Shown here: positions 13,132 through 25,212 of the stretch, piece after piece | Numbering within the stretch: position 1 is the stretch's first letter | Layout of the letters: each line of letters opens with the position of its first letter | From: Malacoraja senta | Taxonomy: Eukaryota | DNA length: 64,000 nucleotides | Direction of reading: 5' to 3' | Assembly (NCBI GenBank): GCA_038087875.1 | Contig: CM075995.1 | Coordinates: forward strand, 5,520,001 to 5,584,000 | Notes under the pieces: generated by a model | Told to the model about the DNA's origin: nothing | Seen by the model: the letters and a program-made list of their open reading frames with translations, nothing else | The model's database searches: none | Translations under genes and position numbers: made by a program

Positions 13132-14194
13132 AAGTGCCCTCCATAATGTTTGGGACAAAGTTTGCCTCTACTCCACAATTTGAGATTTGTTATAGAAAAA
13201 AATCATGTGGTTAAGGTGCACGTTGTCAGATTTTATTAAAGGCCATTTTTATATATTTTGGTTCCACCATGTAGAAATTACAGCTGTGTTTATACATAGT
13301 CCCCCCATTACAGGGCACCATAATGTTTGGGACACATGGCTTCACAGGCATTTGTAATTGCTCAGGTGTGTTTAATTGCCTCCTTAATGCAGGTAGAAAA
13401 GAGCTCTCAGCACCTAGTCTTTCCTCCATTCTTTCCATCACCTTTGGAGACTTTTATTGCTGTTTATCAACATGAGGACCAAAGTTGTGCCAATGAAAGT
13501 CAAAGAAGCCATTATGAGACTGAGAAACAAGAATAACACTTTTAGGGACATCAGCCAAACCTTAGGCTTACCAAAATCAACTGTTTGGAACATCATTAAG
13601 AAGAAGAGAGCACTGGTGAGCTTAGTAATCGCAAAGGTACTGGCAGGCCAAGGAAGACCTCCACAGCTGATGACAGAAGAATTCTATTCTATCTATAATA
13701 AAGAAAAATCCCCAAACACCTGTCCGACAGATCTGAAACACTCTTCAGGAGTGGATTTGTCAATGACCACTGTCTGCAGAAGACTTCATGAACAGAAATA
13801 CAGAGGCTACTCTGCAAGATGCAAACCACTGGTTAGCCAGAAAAATAGGATGGCCAGGTTATAGTTTGCCAAGAAGTACTTAAAAGAGCAACCAGAGTTC
13901 TGGAAAAAGGTCTTGTGGACAGATGAGATGAAGATTAACTTATATCAGAGTGATGGCAAGAGTAAAGTATGGAGGAGAGAAGGAACTCCCCAAGATCCAA
14001 AGCCTACCACCTCATCTGTGAAACACAGTGGTGGGGGTGTTATGGCCTGGGCATGAAGATAAGTGAGCTCACTTATCTTCATTGATGATACAATTGCTGA
14101 TGGTAGCAGCAGAATGAATTCTGAAGTGTATAGACACATCCTATCTGCTCAAGTTCAAACAAATGCCTCAAAACTCATTGACTGGCGGTTCATC
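13132..14194 (+). mobile_element. Tc1-family transposon, 3'-truncated, with decayed transposase from ATG 13472
   Basis: IR/DR-type left end (ccataatgtttgggaca at ~13141 and ~13318); HTH RDISQTLGLPKSTVWNIIKK; WKKVLWTDE catalytic motif; SVKHSGGGVMAW; frameshifts and stops. Confidence 0.9.
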
Positions 14195-14790
14195 CGGGTG
14201 GGCGAGGGGGACCAGAAGGGCAGTGGCTGGAATTGGTGATGCGATGGGGACTCACAGCGGGCGCTGGTCGTTCTCCGCCGGTATCGGAGTCTCCGCTTTC
14301 CGTTTGGCGACATCGGCAACATCTCTGACTCTGGGCTGGGTGTCCTGGGCTGGGCAGGGTCTCCGACGCTGGGCTGGGTCGGGTCTCCGATGCTGGGCTG
14401 GGTCTCCGGCGCTGAGTCTCCGATGCTGGGCTGCTTGAGGCTGGACTGCTTCGGGTCACTCCGAAAATTGTGTCTGGTTGGAAACCTCCGCCGGCCATCC
14501 TCAGCTCCAGTAAAGACGTGATTGGCGCAGGAAGGGGCGGACCATCCCGGTGAGTGACAGGGGAAGAGACTAATCTGCGCGGCGCTGAACGGCAGGTTTT
14601 AAAGATTTTTTTAAACATCGCTAACTTTTACGACATTCAACCGACATTCAACCGATCGGAATGAAACTTGGTGCTGTCGCAGCATAGGAGAACGGTGAGT
14701 GAACTGGTGAAAAATCGTAGCGCTATCACAAACCGTTTTTGTGCAAATAGAAAAACCGGAAGATAACAAGATCAGAGTTTTAGTTATGTA
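14195..14790 (-). mobile_element. Non-autonomous Helitron, 5' part only
   Basis: Minus-strand start tacataactaaaactctgatcttg resembles 5' ends at 29296 and 51698; directly follows another Helitron's CTAG. Confidence 0.6.
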
Positions 14791-15261
14791 CTAGACCAAG
14801 TGCAGACCCGTTGGGTCTGGTCCCCGAAAGTGCTTGACACCCCGGGGTGTTGTTCCCGAACGTGCTTCAGACCCCGGGATGAAAATCTGCTGAAAAAAAG
14901 ATGGCGTCATTTTCGGAAAAAATCGGAGAAAATCGGCGAACAAAAGATGGCGTCGTTTTCGGAGAAAATCGGAGAAAAAAAGATGGCGTCGTTTTCGGAG
15001 AAAATCGGAGACAATCGGGGAAAATCACATGGGGGTGGGGGGGGGGGGGGATGGATTTTATTTAAAAATGTATACATAAACAGGACCGAATTTAATCAGG
15101 AGTGGCTATTCGTAAAGATAAATGTCATCTCTTTGGAAATGGTAAAAAATATGGGCCTTTCCGCGCGCGCGCTGTGTGGGCCAGGGGCGGTATCAAAGGC
15201 AACGTACAGACGTACAGACGTACAGATGGACGACAGCCAGAGAATTTTAAAAGTATATAGA
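14791..15261 (-). mobile_element. Complete non-autonomous Helitron
   Basis: 5' TCTATATACTTTTAAAA; 3' hairpin CAGACCC-AAC-GGGTCTG then cacttggtCTAG; A|T flanks; (GATA)n adjacent at 15260-15290. Confidence 0.75.
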
Positions 15262-17374
15262 TAGATAGATAGATAGAGATAGAGATATATATGCACCACC
15301 TGTCTTAATGCAGACATTTCTTCTCCAGCCACTTAAATCTTTTTCCTCTTGCCTTAAACGTATGTCCTCTAATTCTGAACTGTTCTCCTCTTCCTTCCTC
15401 TGGCTTCACAATTTGCAACTCTTCTATCCTTGTCTCACAAGTTTCTGTCCTTTCATCTCTGGCCTTTGTCCAACCATCTGCCTATCAAAAAAACCCTTCA
15501 TGCTGTAAGATGGGTAACGTGTTTCTCAATCATTTTGCAGCCATACATTATATACACCCTTCTTGCTGATGGTTATGTTTGTGGGAGCCCAGGTATGCAA
15601 CTGCAGCTTTTTTTCCAAGTGCTACATACAGCAGCCACAGATTGCTGGTAGTTTCATGGAAATAATGTTTATGGTGGTGGATGGAGTGCCAATCAAGTGT
15701 GCTGTTTTGTCCAGAGTAATGTTTACCTCCTAGAGTGTTGCTGGCCTTGCATTCATCCAGGTAATTGGAGAATGCTTCACCATGCTTGTACTTTATTAAT
15801 GCAGAAAGACAGATGAGTTACTTGCCACAAGATACCAGCCTTGTACCTGTCCTTATGGTCACTGTATTTATATAGCTGATCCAGTTGAGTTTCTGATTGG
15901 TGGTGAACCTCAGGATGTTGTTGCTCTGAGGCTTGCTTTTGATAATGCCATTGAATAATAAACTTAGATCATTATATTTTATCTTGTTGGAGATTTTCCC
16001 ATGTCAAAGCATTAGCTTGATATTTTTACATCCAGACATGGACTGGCTCAGCTGCAAAAGAGTTGTGAATGTAATTGAATGTTTAGGCATCAATCCACAT
16101 CCCCATTTTAGACTTCAGAATGGAAGGAAAACCATTGATGAAGCAACTGAAATTGATGTCAAGGCTATTTACTTTTACATTGACTCTTGGGTTGGTGGTT
16201 GGGTTAGGGTCAGATTGTTCTTGCAACTCAAATTAGCATTTGTTATTTGCCATTAGCCGATTGTTGCTGAGCAAGTGTCGTTTGATATAATTATTGATGA
16301 TGACATCTGTCATTTTGCTGATGATTTTGAATAGACCGACGGGTGATACTTTGCCTCCTTAGAATTGCCATGCTTTTTATGAATAGTATATATCAAGGCA
16401 ATTTTCCTTGGCTGTGTTGGGTAGATGTCAGTGTAGCAGCTGTAGTGAAGCAACTGAAAGTGGACCAGCAGCTTTCTGTATCTTCAGTTTGGCAAATTAT
16501 ACAAACCTTTTTCTTTCAGTCTAAATGGGCTCATCTTTTTTATTTAATTCATTGCAAATTCCAAAGTCAGATGGGTTTTCTTATCTGATATGAAATACTA
16601 GCAAAAAGATTGAAAGATGTTTCTGGAAGAATGTAATCACCTGAACTAGTCCTAGTCCAAGGAATTAACCATATCTGGAAGTTGATTAACAATATTGTGC
16701 AGTACCTTGGGCAGCCAAGAATGATAGCTGGTATTCGGTCTTGTCCATTCCCATGGTGGCTCTATTGTTTCAGAGTAAACTTACATTTAAAATGGAGACA
16801 TACAAAATAAGTTTATTCTCCAGCACTTGAACACAAAATATTTTTTGCAAATGAATGCCATGCCATTTGGTGTTGACTTATCTTAATAATTCATTTAAAT
16901 TATTTTTACACATGACAGATTTTTGGTGCAACTTGAGTCAACTTTATAATGATGAACATGAAGCGGTCTTGCGTGCTCAGAAATTCTTCAAATGGATCTG
17001 ACTTGAAGATTGGAATTACCTGGTCACAAATGGCATGAATTGCCTTTATAATAAAGGAAAGGGAAAGTTAGCAGCTTGGGGATTTAAGTTCCTTTCCAGA
17101 TATGTAATTAAATAGTTTTGCCTGAGCTTCCAGTCCAGTAGTGAGGGAGGAATGCAGAATTGGGTGTAGTTTTTATATTCAATGTTGATTCAAGGCCCCA
17201 CCTGTCCTTGTGGATAAATATAAATGGCTCCATATTATCAGCATTTTCCATTTTTAATTTTAGACTCCTAGCATCTGTGTTTTCATTGATTGCTTCAGTT
17301 TTATCCCTCAACTTATTTACTAAAACTTGTTAGCTACTTAATTTATTATATTACAACTGAGAATGCCCTTCATT

Positions 17375-17740
17375 AGATTTAGATTTAGATTTAGATTTTA
17401 CTTATTGCCACATGTACCAATTAAGGTACCGTGAAATTCGAGTTATCATACAGCCATACTAAGTGGGGAAAAAATAGCAACAACACACACAGCCACATAA
17501 AATAAAATTCAACATAATGATCCATCACAGCGGCTCCCCACATTCTTCACTGTGATGGAAGGTAATAAAAGTCTAATCTTCTCCCTCTTTCTTCTCCGCG
17601 GTCGGGGCTGTCGAACCATCTGCATTCGGGACTATCAAAGCTCCCGCAGCCGGCGATCCAAGGCCCTCGTGTCGGGGTGATGAAACTCCCACGTCTAGTC
17701 AGTTGAAAGGCACCATGACTTGGAGCCCCGACTCAGTCTC
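17375..17740 (-). mobile_element. Truncated copy of a GC-rich non-coding retroposon related to 30586-31336 and 36235-37100
   Basis: (tttaga)n tail, shared ccatcacag...ctgtgatggaagg stem motif. Confidence 0.55.
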
Positions 17741-18279
17741 TAACCATATATATTTCTATCAGGTCACCCTGCAAGCTGCGGCCCATCCATGTACCTGTCA
17801 AATGTTTCTTAAATGTTGTGATAGTACTTGTCTCGACTACCTCCTTCGGCACCTCATTCCATACACCCATCGCCCTTTGTGTGAAAAAGTTACCCCTTAG
17901 GTTTAAGGTGAGTGGGGAAAGATTTAATAGGAACCTATGTTGACTAGTTCTCGATTCTACAACCCAATGGATTCAATGGTGCTTTATTTGTCACATGCCA
18001 CTGCACAGTGAAATTCTTTTTGCATATGTTACAGATGCAGGCGCTGCCATTATTGGCACCTTTACTCATAGTCCAAAGTCTGGTTGGCCTGCGCGCTTGA
18101 TGTACTGGAGCAGTTCCTGCAAACCGGCGTCCCTCTTCTCTCCTAGTCTGGCCATTTTTGTGTCCTAGGGGCATCTCCTGCAGCCTACCTTCAAGGTGCT
18201 GGAGGCATTACCTCAGTTCACCTCCTACTGGCCCACTCCTAGTGCCCGACGTCTCCAGCTCCCTCCCGGTCCCGCCATC

Positions 18280-18590
18280 CAACAAGCCTTTGGGCGGGTT
18301 CCCGGACCTGCCGACCAACGTGTCTTTGGGCAGACTGCGACAAGCCTTCGGGCGGGTTCCTGATCCTGCTGAGCCTTTGGGTGGGCTCTGACAAGCCTTT
18401 GAGTGTGTTCCCAGTTCCACTGACCGATGAGCCATCCGACAAGCCTTCATGCGGGCTCCCGGTCCTGCCTACTGATGAGCCTTCGTACAGGTTCCGAACT
18501 TCCAGATGAGCCTTCGGGTGAGTTCTTGCCAACCGACGAGCCTTCAGGCGAGGTCCTGCCGACCAAAAAACCTTTGGGTGGGCACCGTGG
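18280..18590. repeat. Degenerate GC-rich tandem repeat (core gagccttcgggcgggttcc, ~10 copies)
   Basis: Recurring (a/g)agccttYgggYggg motif at variable ~20-45 bp spacing. Confidence 0.65.
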
Positions 18591-18890
18591 CCTCAGGAAG
18601 GCCTCCGCCGCTCTCTAGTTGGTGATAGGATGGTTCAATTGCCTGATAACAGCATGATCACCTAAGCCAGGGCCTCACCGGGTGACTCCGGCCGCAAGAG
18701 CCACTTCACCGATCAGCGGGAAGCCAGCTCACAAACATCCCGAATTTCCTCTGCAGGAAACAGATGAAAATGTGCCATATTTGCTCGCACTTTTGTTCCT
18801 TTTTCATCAGAGAGCGACCGTGAGGCTCTGTGCAAGTGACTGTGCGACTACCCAATCTATTCCTCTCATATCCACTTCTCTCAGATCATC

Positions 18891-19055
18891 GGGTTTAAGA
18901 AGGAACTGCAGATGCTGGAAAATCAAAGGTAGACAAAAGTGCTGGAGAAACTCAGCGGGTGCAGCAGCATCTATGGAGCGAAGGAAATAGGCAACGTTGC
19001 CTATTTCCTTCACTCCATAGATGCTGCTGCACCCACTGAGTTTCTCCAGCACTTC
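18891..19055. mobile_element. Palindromic Penelope-derived insertion with 14-bp TSD
   Basis: Fold-back centred on ggcaac|gttgcc; tctctcagatcatc at 18877-18890 and 19056-19069. Confidence 0.8.
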
Positions 19056-20789
19056 TCTCTCAGATCATCCCTCATCCTCCTGTGCTCCAAGGAATAGAGT
19101 CCTAGCCTGCATAACCTCTCCCTATAACTCAGGCCCTCGAATCCTGGCAACATCCTCATGAATATTCTCTGCACCCTTTCTAGCTTGACAACATTTCCTA
19201 TAACATGGTGCTTGGAACAGAACATAATACTCTAAATGTGACCTCACCAATGTCTTGTATAACTGCAACATGACAACTTCTATACTCAATACTCTGGTCA
19301 ATATGCCAAAAGCCTTTTGTCCACCCTATCTACCTGTGGTGCCCCTTTCAAGGAAATATGTACCTGCACTTCTAAATCCCTCTGCTTTACAGCACTCACC
19401 AGAGCCCTACCATTCACGCTGTAGGTCCTGCCCGTGTTAGACTTTCCAAAATGCAACACCTCACATTTCTCTGTACTAAACTCCATCAACCATTCCTCAG
19501 GCCACCTGCCCAACCGATCAAGATCCTGCTGCAATTTTTGACAACCATCTTCACTATCCACAATACCACCCAGTTTAGTGTCATCCGCAAACTTGATAAC
19601 CATGCCATGTACTTTCTTATCCAAATCATTGGTCTGGATGACAAACAGCATTGAGGCCAGCACCGAACCCTGAGGCACACCACTGGTCACAGGCCTCTCG
19701 TCTGAAAAGCAACCTTCAACCATCACCTTCTGCTTCCTTCTATGAAACCAATTTTCTATCCATTCATCTATCTCTCCTTTGATCCCATGGGATCAAACCT
19801 CCAGAGTAACTTACCATGCTGAACCTTGCTGAATGCCTTGCTGAAATCCATTTATACAATGTCTACAGCTCTGCCTTCATCAACCTCTTTGGTCACATCA
19901 TCAAAAAACTCAATCAGATTCTTGAGACATGACCTCCCTCATACAAAACCATGCTGACTCTCCCTAAACAGTCCATATATATCCTATCCCTCATAATACT
20001 CTCTGGTAACTTTCCGACCACAGATGTTAAGCTCACTGGCCTGTAGTTCCCAGCCTTTTCCCTGCAGCCCTTCTTGAATAGATGCACGACATTTGGCACC
20101 CCCCCCCCCCCCCAGACCTCTGGCACCTCTCCTGTATTTAATTACGACTCGTATATCTCAGCAAGGGCTCCTGCAATCTCCTCGCTAGCTTCCCACAGTG
20201 TCCTCGGATATATCTGATCAGGCCTTCTAGTCAAGGCCTTTTGGATTAATGGTGTTACAATGCAATAAGGTTGTTCCTCTAGCCGGGAACCCTGCGGCCC
20301 AATACAGTAAAATAAAAGGCGTTTGAAAAGTAAACTCATAAATCATGACACTGTAGCTTTAACAAATAAATGCAGTCAGCTGACAAGAAGAATGACTGAC
20401 TTATCATGCAAAATCAGTTAGAGGATTGTTAAAAGCATTAAACAGTGGTATTGAAATTTAATGATAGGCACTAGTAGATATATCCTGTTATTTCTAATTT
20501 CCAGAAGCATGTTTAACTCATCAATATACTTTTGTGAACAGTTCTAATACACAGTGCATTCTAGAGTTGAATATTTACATTTTTACAAGATTAATATTAT
20601 TCATTGATTGTCTGTAAAAATATTTCCTGTGTATTCTGGTGTATCTATACTCCAGAAACAGACACAATTTGTAGAGTAATTTTACCGTTCACTAGCCCTG
20701 GGAATTGCATGCTTTTAATTACAAGAAATTATGACAGGAAATGTAATAGTATATTATACAATCTCTGTGACTTACTGACATTATTCTTA

Positions 20790-21172
20790 ATGAGGCTAAA
20801 AGGTAACCTTATTGAGGTTTATAAAATCATGAGGGCAATAGATAAGATGGAAGGTCACATTATTTTTCCCCAGTGTCGATGAGTTTAAAATTAGAGGACA
20901 TAGGTTTCCGGTGAAGGGGAAAGATTTAAAGAGGACTTGAGGGGTAGTCTTGTAACACTGTGAGTTGTGGATATATGGAACAAAGTGGCAGAGGAAGCTG
21001 TGCAGGCAGTTTACAACATTTAAAAGACATTTGAAAAGTTCATGGATCAGAAACCTTTAGTCGAATATGGGCCAAATGCAGACAAATAGGACTAGCTCAT
21101 CTAACCAACGTGGTTGGCGTGCACAGGTTGGGTCAAAGGGCCTGATTCTGTGCCATATATATCTGACTATGA
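20790..21172 (+). mobile_element. Old CR1 3' fragment
   Basis: RLKGNLIEVYKIM-like segment followed by CR1 3' UTR motifs. Confidence 0.7.
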
Positions 21173-21889
21173 TCTTTGGACTCAATCCTCAGTATAGACT
21201 AGTGTCTGTGACGTGGCCAGTATTATATTACAAATACAATTATCCTGTGAGCTCTGTTTCTTTGAACACACGTTCAGTTAGTCTAGGCTCTCAACCCCTC
21301 CTCCCCCCCCCCCCTCTTTCTTGACCTCCGACGTACACCTATTATACCGTCCAATGTCCCCTTCCACTCTATCCCTCCCACTGGCTTTACATTTCACTGC
21401 TCTTTTGAACATCTTTATCAACATCCTTTTGTCTTGTCTTTAGTCCTCTTTTGTCACCTTTTTGTCTCCTTTCCTTCTCTAGACTTTGATCGCCCATCTG
21501 CCAATCAAAAAATTATTCACCTATATCCAATATGACTTCCCAGGCTTTGTCCTGCCCTCACCTCTTTTCCAGCTTTCTCTCCCCACTACAATCTGTCTGA
21601 AGAAGGTTCCAACCCGAAAACATTGTGCATCCATGTCCTCCAGTAATACTGCTTTACCTGCTGAGTTACTCCCGCACTTTGTGTTAGAAGTAAAAAGGAG
21701 TCGCATATTTGACACAGTTTAACACTTTGAAAGGTAACTTTGGCCCTAATTGTTTTTTTTCTGGTTTGGACAGAGCAGCCAAGGCTGCAGATAAACCAGC
21801 ATATGTAGTTCATTCCCACACAGATAACCTTGTGGAGTTGGTGCAAAAACTGTAGAGCCAGGGCGTTCGATAAAAGATCAAATGATCTT

Positions 21890-22123
21890 TTGTGGAATTC
21901 CCTGCCATTTGTGGAATTCCCTGCCACAGAAGGCAGTGGAGGCCGTCACTGGATGGATTTAAGAGAGAGTTAGATAGAGCTCTAGGGGCTAGTGGAATCG
22001 AGGGATATGGGGAGAAGGCAGGCACGGGTTATTGATTGGGCACGATCAGCCATGATCACAATGAATGGCGGTGCTGGATCGAAGGGCCGAATGGCCTCCT
22101 GCACCTATTTTCTATGTTTCTAT
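21890..22123 (+). mobile_element. CR1 3' end fragment
   Basis: Closely matches the reverse complement of 7600-7825; ttctatgtttctatg tail; 5' 19-bp duplication. Confidence 0.85.
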
Positions 22124-22344
22124 GATCAAAGTGAACACATTACTAACCTAAGATGGTTGGAGATAAACAGAAGATATGGTTGGAGATAAACAGAAAATAA
22201 TGAAAGCAAAAAAAAAGGCACTTATTGCAGGCGTAAAATTTTGAAATAATTGCTGGCTGATTCAGTGAGCATCGATTAGGCTTGAGCGTTCAAGAGAGGT
22301 TGGGCAAATTTCAAGAGTGGAAAAATACTCTAAATATATTGTTA

Positions 22345-22560
22345 AAGAAGGAACTGCAGATGCTGGAAAATCAAAGGTAGACAAAAATGCTGGAGAAACT
22401 CAGCGGGTGAGGCAGCATCCATGGAGTGAAGGAAATAGGCAACGTTTCGGGTTCAAAACCCTTCAGACTGAAGAAGGGTTTTGACCCTAAACTTTGCCTA
22501 TTTCCTTCACTCCATAGATGCTGCCTCACCCGCTGAGTTTCTCCAGCATTTTTGTCTACC
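22345..22560. mobile_element. Palindromic Penelope-derived insertion
   Basis: ~90-bp arms centred on ttcagactgaa; flanked by imperfect direct repeat tactcta(a)atata(t)tgtta. Confidence 0.8.
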
Positions 22561-23211
22561 TACTCTAATATATGTTAGGGAACTCATTTGTTTATGTTAC
22601 AATAGTTTGCTCCACTATTTTCAAGAGTTGGTGAAGAATATTTAAAACCTTTTCTCATTCTGTAGGTAATTGCATGACAGAGGCACTTCACAGGGTTAGG
22701 ACAGGCTGAAGAGATAACTTGGTCTTTGGTATTCTCTTTAGAATGTTCTTAATTAAAATTCTGAAATTCCTTCATTAAATTCAAATTGAATTCTTGTTGT
22801 AATCTAGTTACCATAATGGACAAATTCTCATTAGTTGCTAAATACAGGGAGATTAGATTCCAATTGAATATTTCTATCCTGTCTAGTATTATTTCAAAGG
22901 AGCATTGGTTGCGAAATCCATCGTATGGCAATTTATATTTGGATATAAAGCGCATTTAGCGGCAATAAAGAATACTTGAAATAGCACTCTTGTTTAGTTT
23001 TCATGAATGGGTGGTAAAATGAAGCAAACGGTAGCTTCAATGAAGAACAAGGGAACTTTGTCCACAATATTGCCTCCATAATTATGATGCATGTTTGGTT
23101 GCTGCTACAAGTCAGTGCTGTATGGATTTATTGTGTTCCCAAACCACAGCTGTGGCCGCTTACTCCTAAAATGCTCACAGGAAAGAAAATAAATTAGATT
23201 ATTTTATAGTG

Positions 23212-23700
23212 TAAGAAGGAACTGCAGATGCTGGTTTAAACTGAAGATAGACACAAAAAGCTGGAGTAACTCAGTGGGACAGACAGCATCACTGGAGAGA
23301 AGGAATGGGTGATGTTTCGGGTCGAGACCCTTCTTCAGACTGGTTAGGGACAAGGGAAACGAGAGATATAGACAGTGATGTGGATCGATAAAGAACAATG
23401 AATGAAAGATATGCAAAAATGTAACGATGATAAAGGAAACAGGCCATTGTAAGCTGTTTGTAGGGTGAAGATGAGATGTTAGTGTGACTTGGATGGGGGA
23501 GGGATATAGAGAGAGAGAGAGAGAGAGGGAATGCCAGGGCAACCTGAAGTGAGAGAAATCAATATTCATACCATTGGGCTGTAAGCTGCCCTAGCGAAAT
23601 ATGAGATGCTGTTCCTCCAATTTGACGTTAGCCTCGCGCTAAGAATAGAGGAGACCGAGGACAGAAAGGTCTGTGTGGGAAATTAAAGTGTCCAGCAACC
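23212..23700 (-). mobile_element. Penelope-like element 3' end (GIY-YIG C-terminus plus pseudo-LTR)
   Basis: Minus strand encodes KLEEQHLIFR*GSLQPNGMNIDFSHFR followed by the hammerhead-containing tail. Confidence 0.8.
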
Positions 23701-24735
23701 GCTTATCCCAGAGCTAGACTTGTACACCAATAAATATCATTCAATTTTACAGTAGATGATTATGGGGATGGTTTTTCCAGTCTATATTCAAATACAATTG
23801 GCAAAGTAGGTTTGAGGAAAAATTCATATAATGTATGTTAAGTAGTTTCCTAGAAAATACATTGTGGAACCAACCAGGAACCAGTTCATTTTAGATTTCT
23901 TGCCCCACTCCTCCCTCTCATCTCTTTGCACTGGCATCCTCTGCTCTACTCTTTCAATCTTGATAAAGAGTTCTGACCCGAAACGTCGACAGCCTATTTC
24001 TCTCCACGTATAGGATTGTTTTGGAAATGTCCTTGACAAATGCCAGCCACTGTTATTTGAAAATCACAAGATGATTTAGCTAGTCAGTGTAATCTTATGA
24101 AGGGATAATCACATTTAACTATTCCTGTGGCAGGATAAAGGCATTAGTCAATGTAGTCCAGCCGATGTTTCAAAAGGCATGTTGCCATTAAAAGACTCTA
24201 GATTCGGGGTAATCTCTAGTAGCAGATCATTTCAAGGATGGGAAACGGTAGGAAAATAATGACATTTTCAGTATTGCCAGTAAACAGGGATCAGGTCTGA
24301 ATCTCAAATATTTCCAATCTATATTACCACCTGCTCTTGGTTGGACATGCTGTACTCATAATAATTCCCACAGGGCAACAATGACTAGATTTCAAAAGCA
24401 TTTAATTTCTTGTAAAGTACTTTGTGATGTCCTGAGGTCGAGAATGATAAATGTGTGTTTCTTTCCATAATACTTTCTACAACTGATCAGGATTTTCATA
24501 ATTACAAACATTGATGATATGGTAATTAACAGAGAACTACATAATTTGTGAATTACTTCAGCAACTCAACAGCACAAATTTGAGATGAAACAATTGAAAG
24601 AATTTTTGTTAGTTCAGTGGATGAAAATATGGGGTGCAAAAAGCACAATAGGATCAAAATTCTTGAACAGACTTCATATTTAATACTTTGTCTTTATCTA
24701 ATGATCTAATACAGTATTATATATTGTAATTTCAG

Positions 24736-24811
24736 AATTTTGTCATCTGATAACAATGTTCAAGACTTTGAGAAGCTCATGGAAATTCTGCACCTCTTTC
24801 TAACAAATGAG
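24736..24811 (+). CDS. Internal coding exon (ILSSDNNVQDFEKLMEILHLFLTNE)
   Basis: tttcag acceptor, gag|gtatga donor, phase 2 to 0, continues the frame of the 12843 exon. Confidence 0.75.
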
Positions 24812-25212
24812 GTATGACATTTTTCACAAAAATAGCTATCGATATTACTAAAAGTAAGATCTTGACCACTTCCTGTTTTTCTGTTTCATGATTTTTGAAA
24901 AAAACGCTGCCACTTACGGCTGCGATTTTTGGCCATCTTACTCAGTCCCCCTCCGCTGCTCATGACAAGAGGATTTTTCCCATCGATGAAAAATAAAAGT
25001 TATTAATGTTTTAAAAATGTTGACATTCTCTCTGCTGCCCCTGCTGGTGGGAGGGGGGAGGGACTATAAAACCCGGAAGTGTTGTGCCTCACTCCGTCTC
25101 TGCAAGATGCAGGAAGCGAGAGGGTCATGTCTCTCTGAGCTGTGAATAACACTGAACACATGTCTACTCAACTGTGAGTGCCCTTAATGTGGTTTGAAAA
25201 TGAAAATGTGGT

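Larger units (their letters stand above)
17785..20224 (-). mobile_element. Decayed CR1 LINE with reverse transcriptase domain, carrying nested insertions (~17970-18830 and 18891-19055)
   Basis: Minus ORFs GNYRPVSLTSVVGKL, VTSGVPQGSVL...KFADDTKLGG...LQQDLDRL, LERVQRIFMRMLPG...LGLYSLE. Confidence 0.9.

Noticed and set aside
16919..17002. Additional exon (DFWCNLSQLYNDEHEAVLRAQKFFKWI)
   Set aside because: Stops in all frames before a good donor, and the longest frame does not match the preceding exon's phase.
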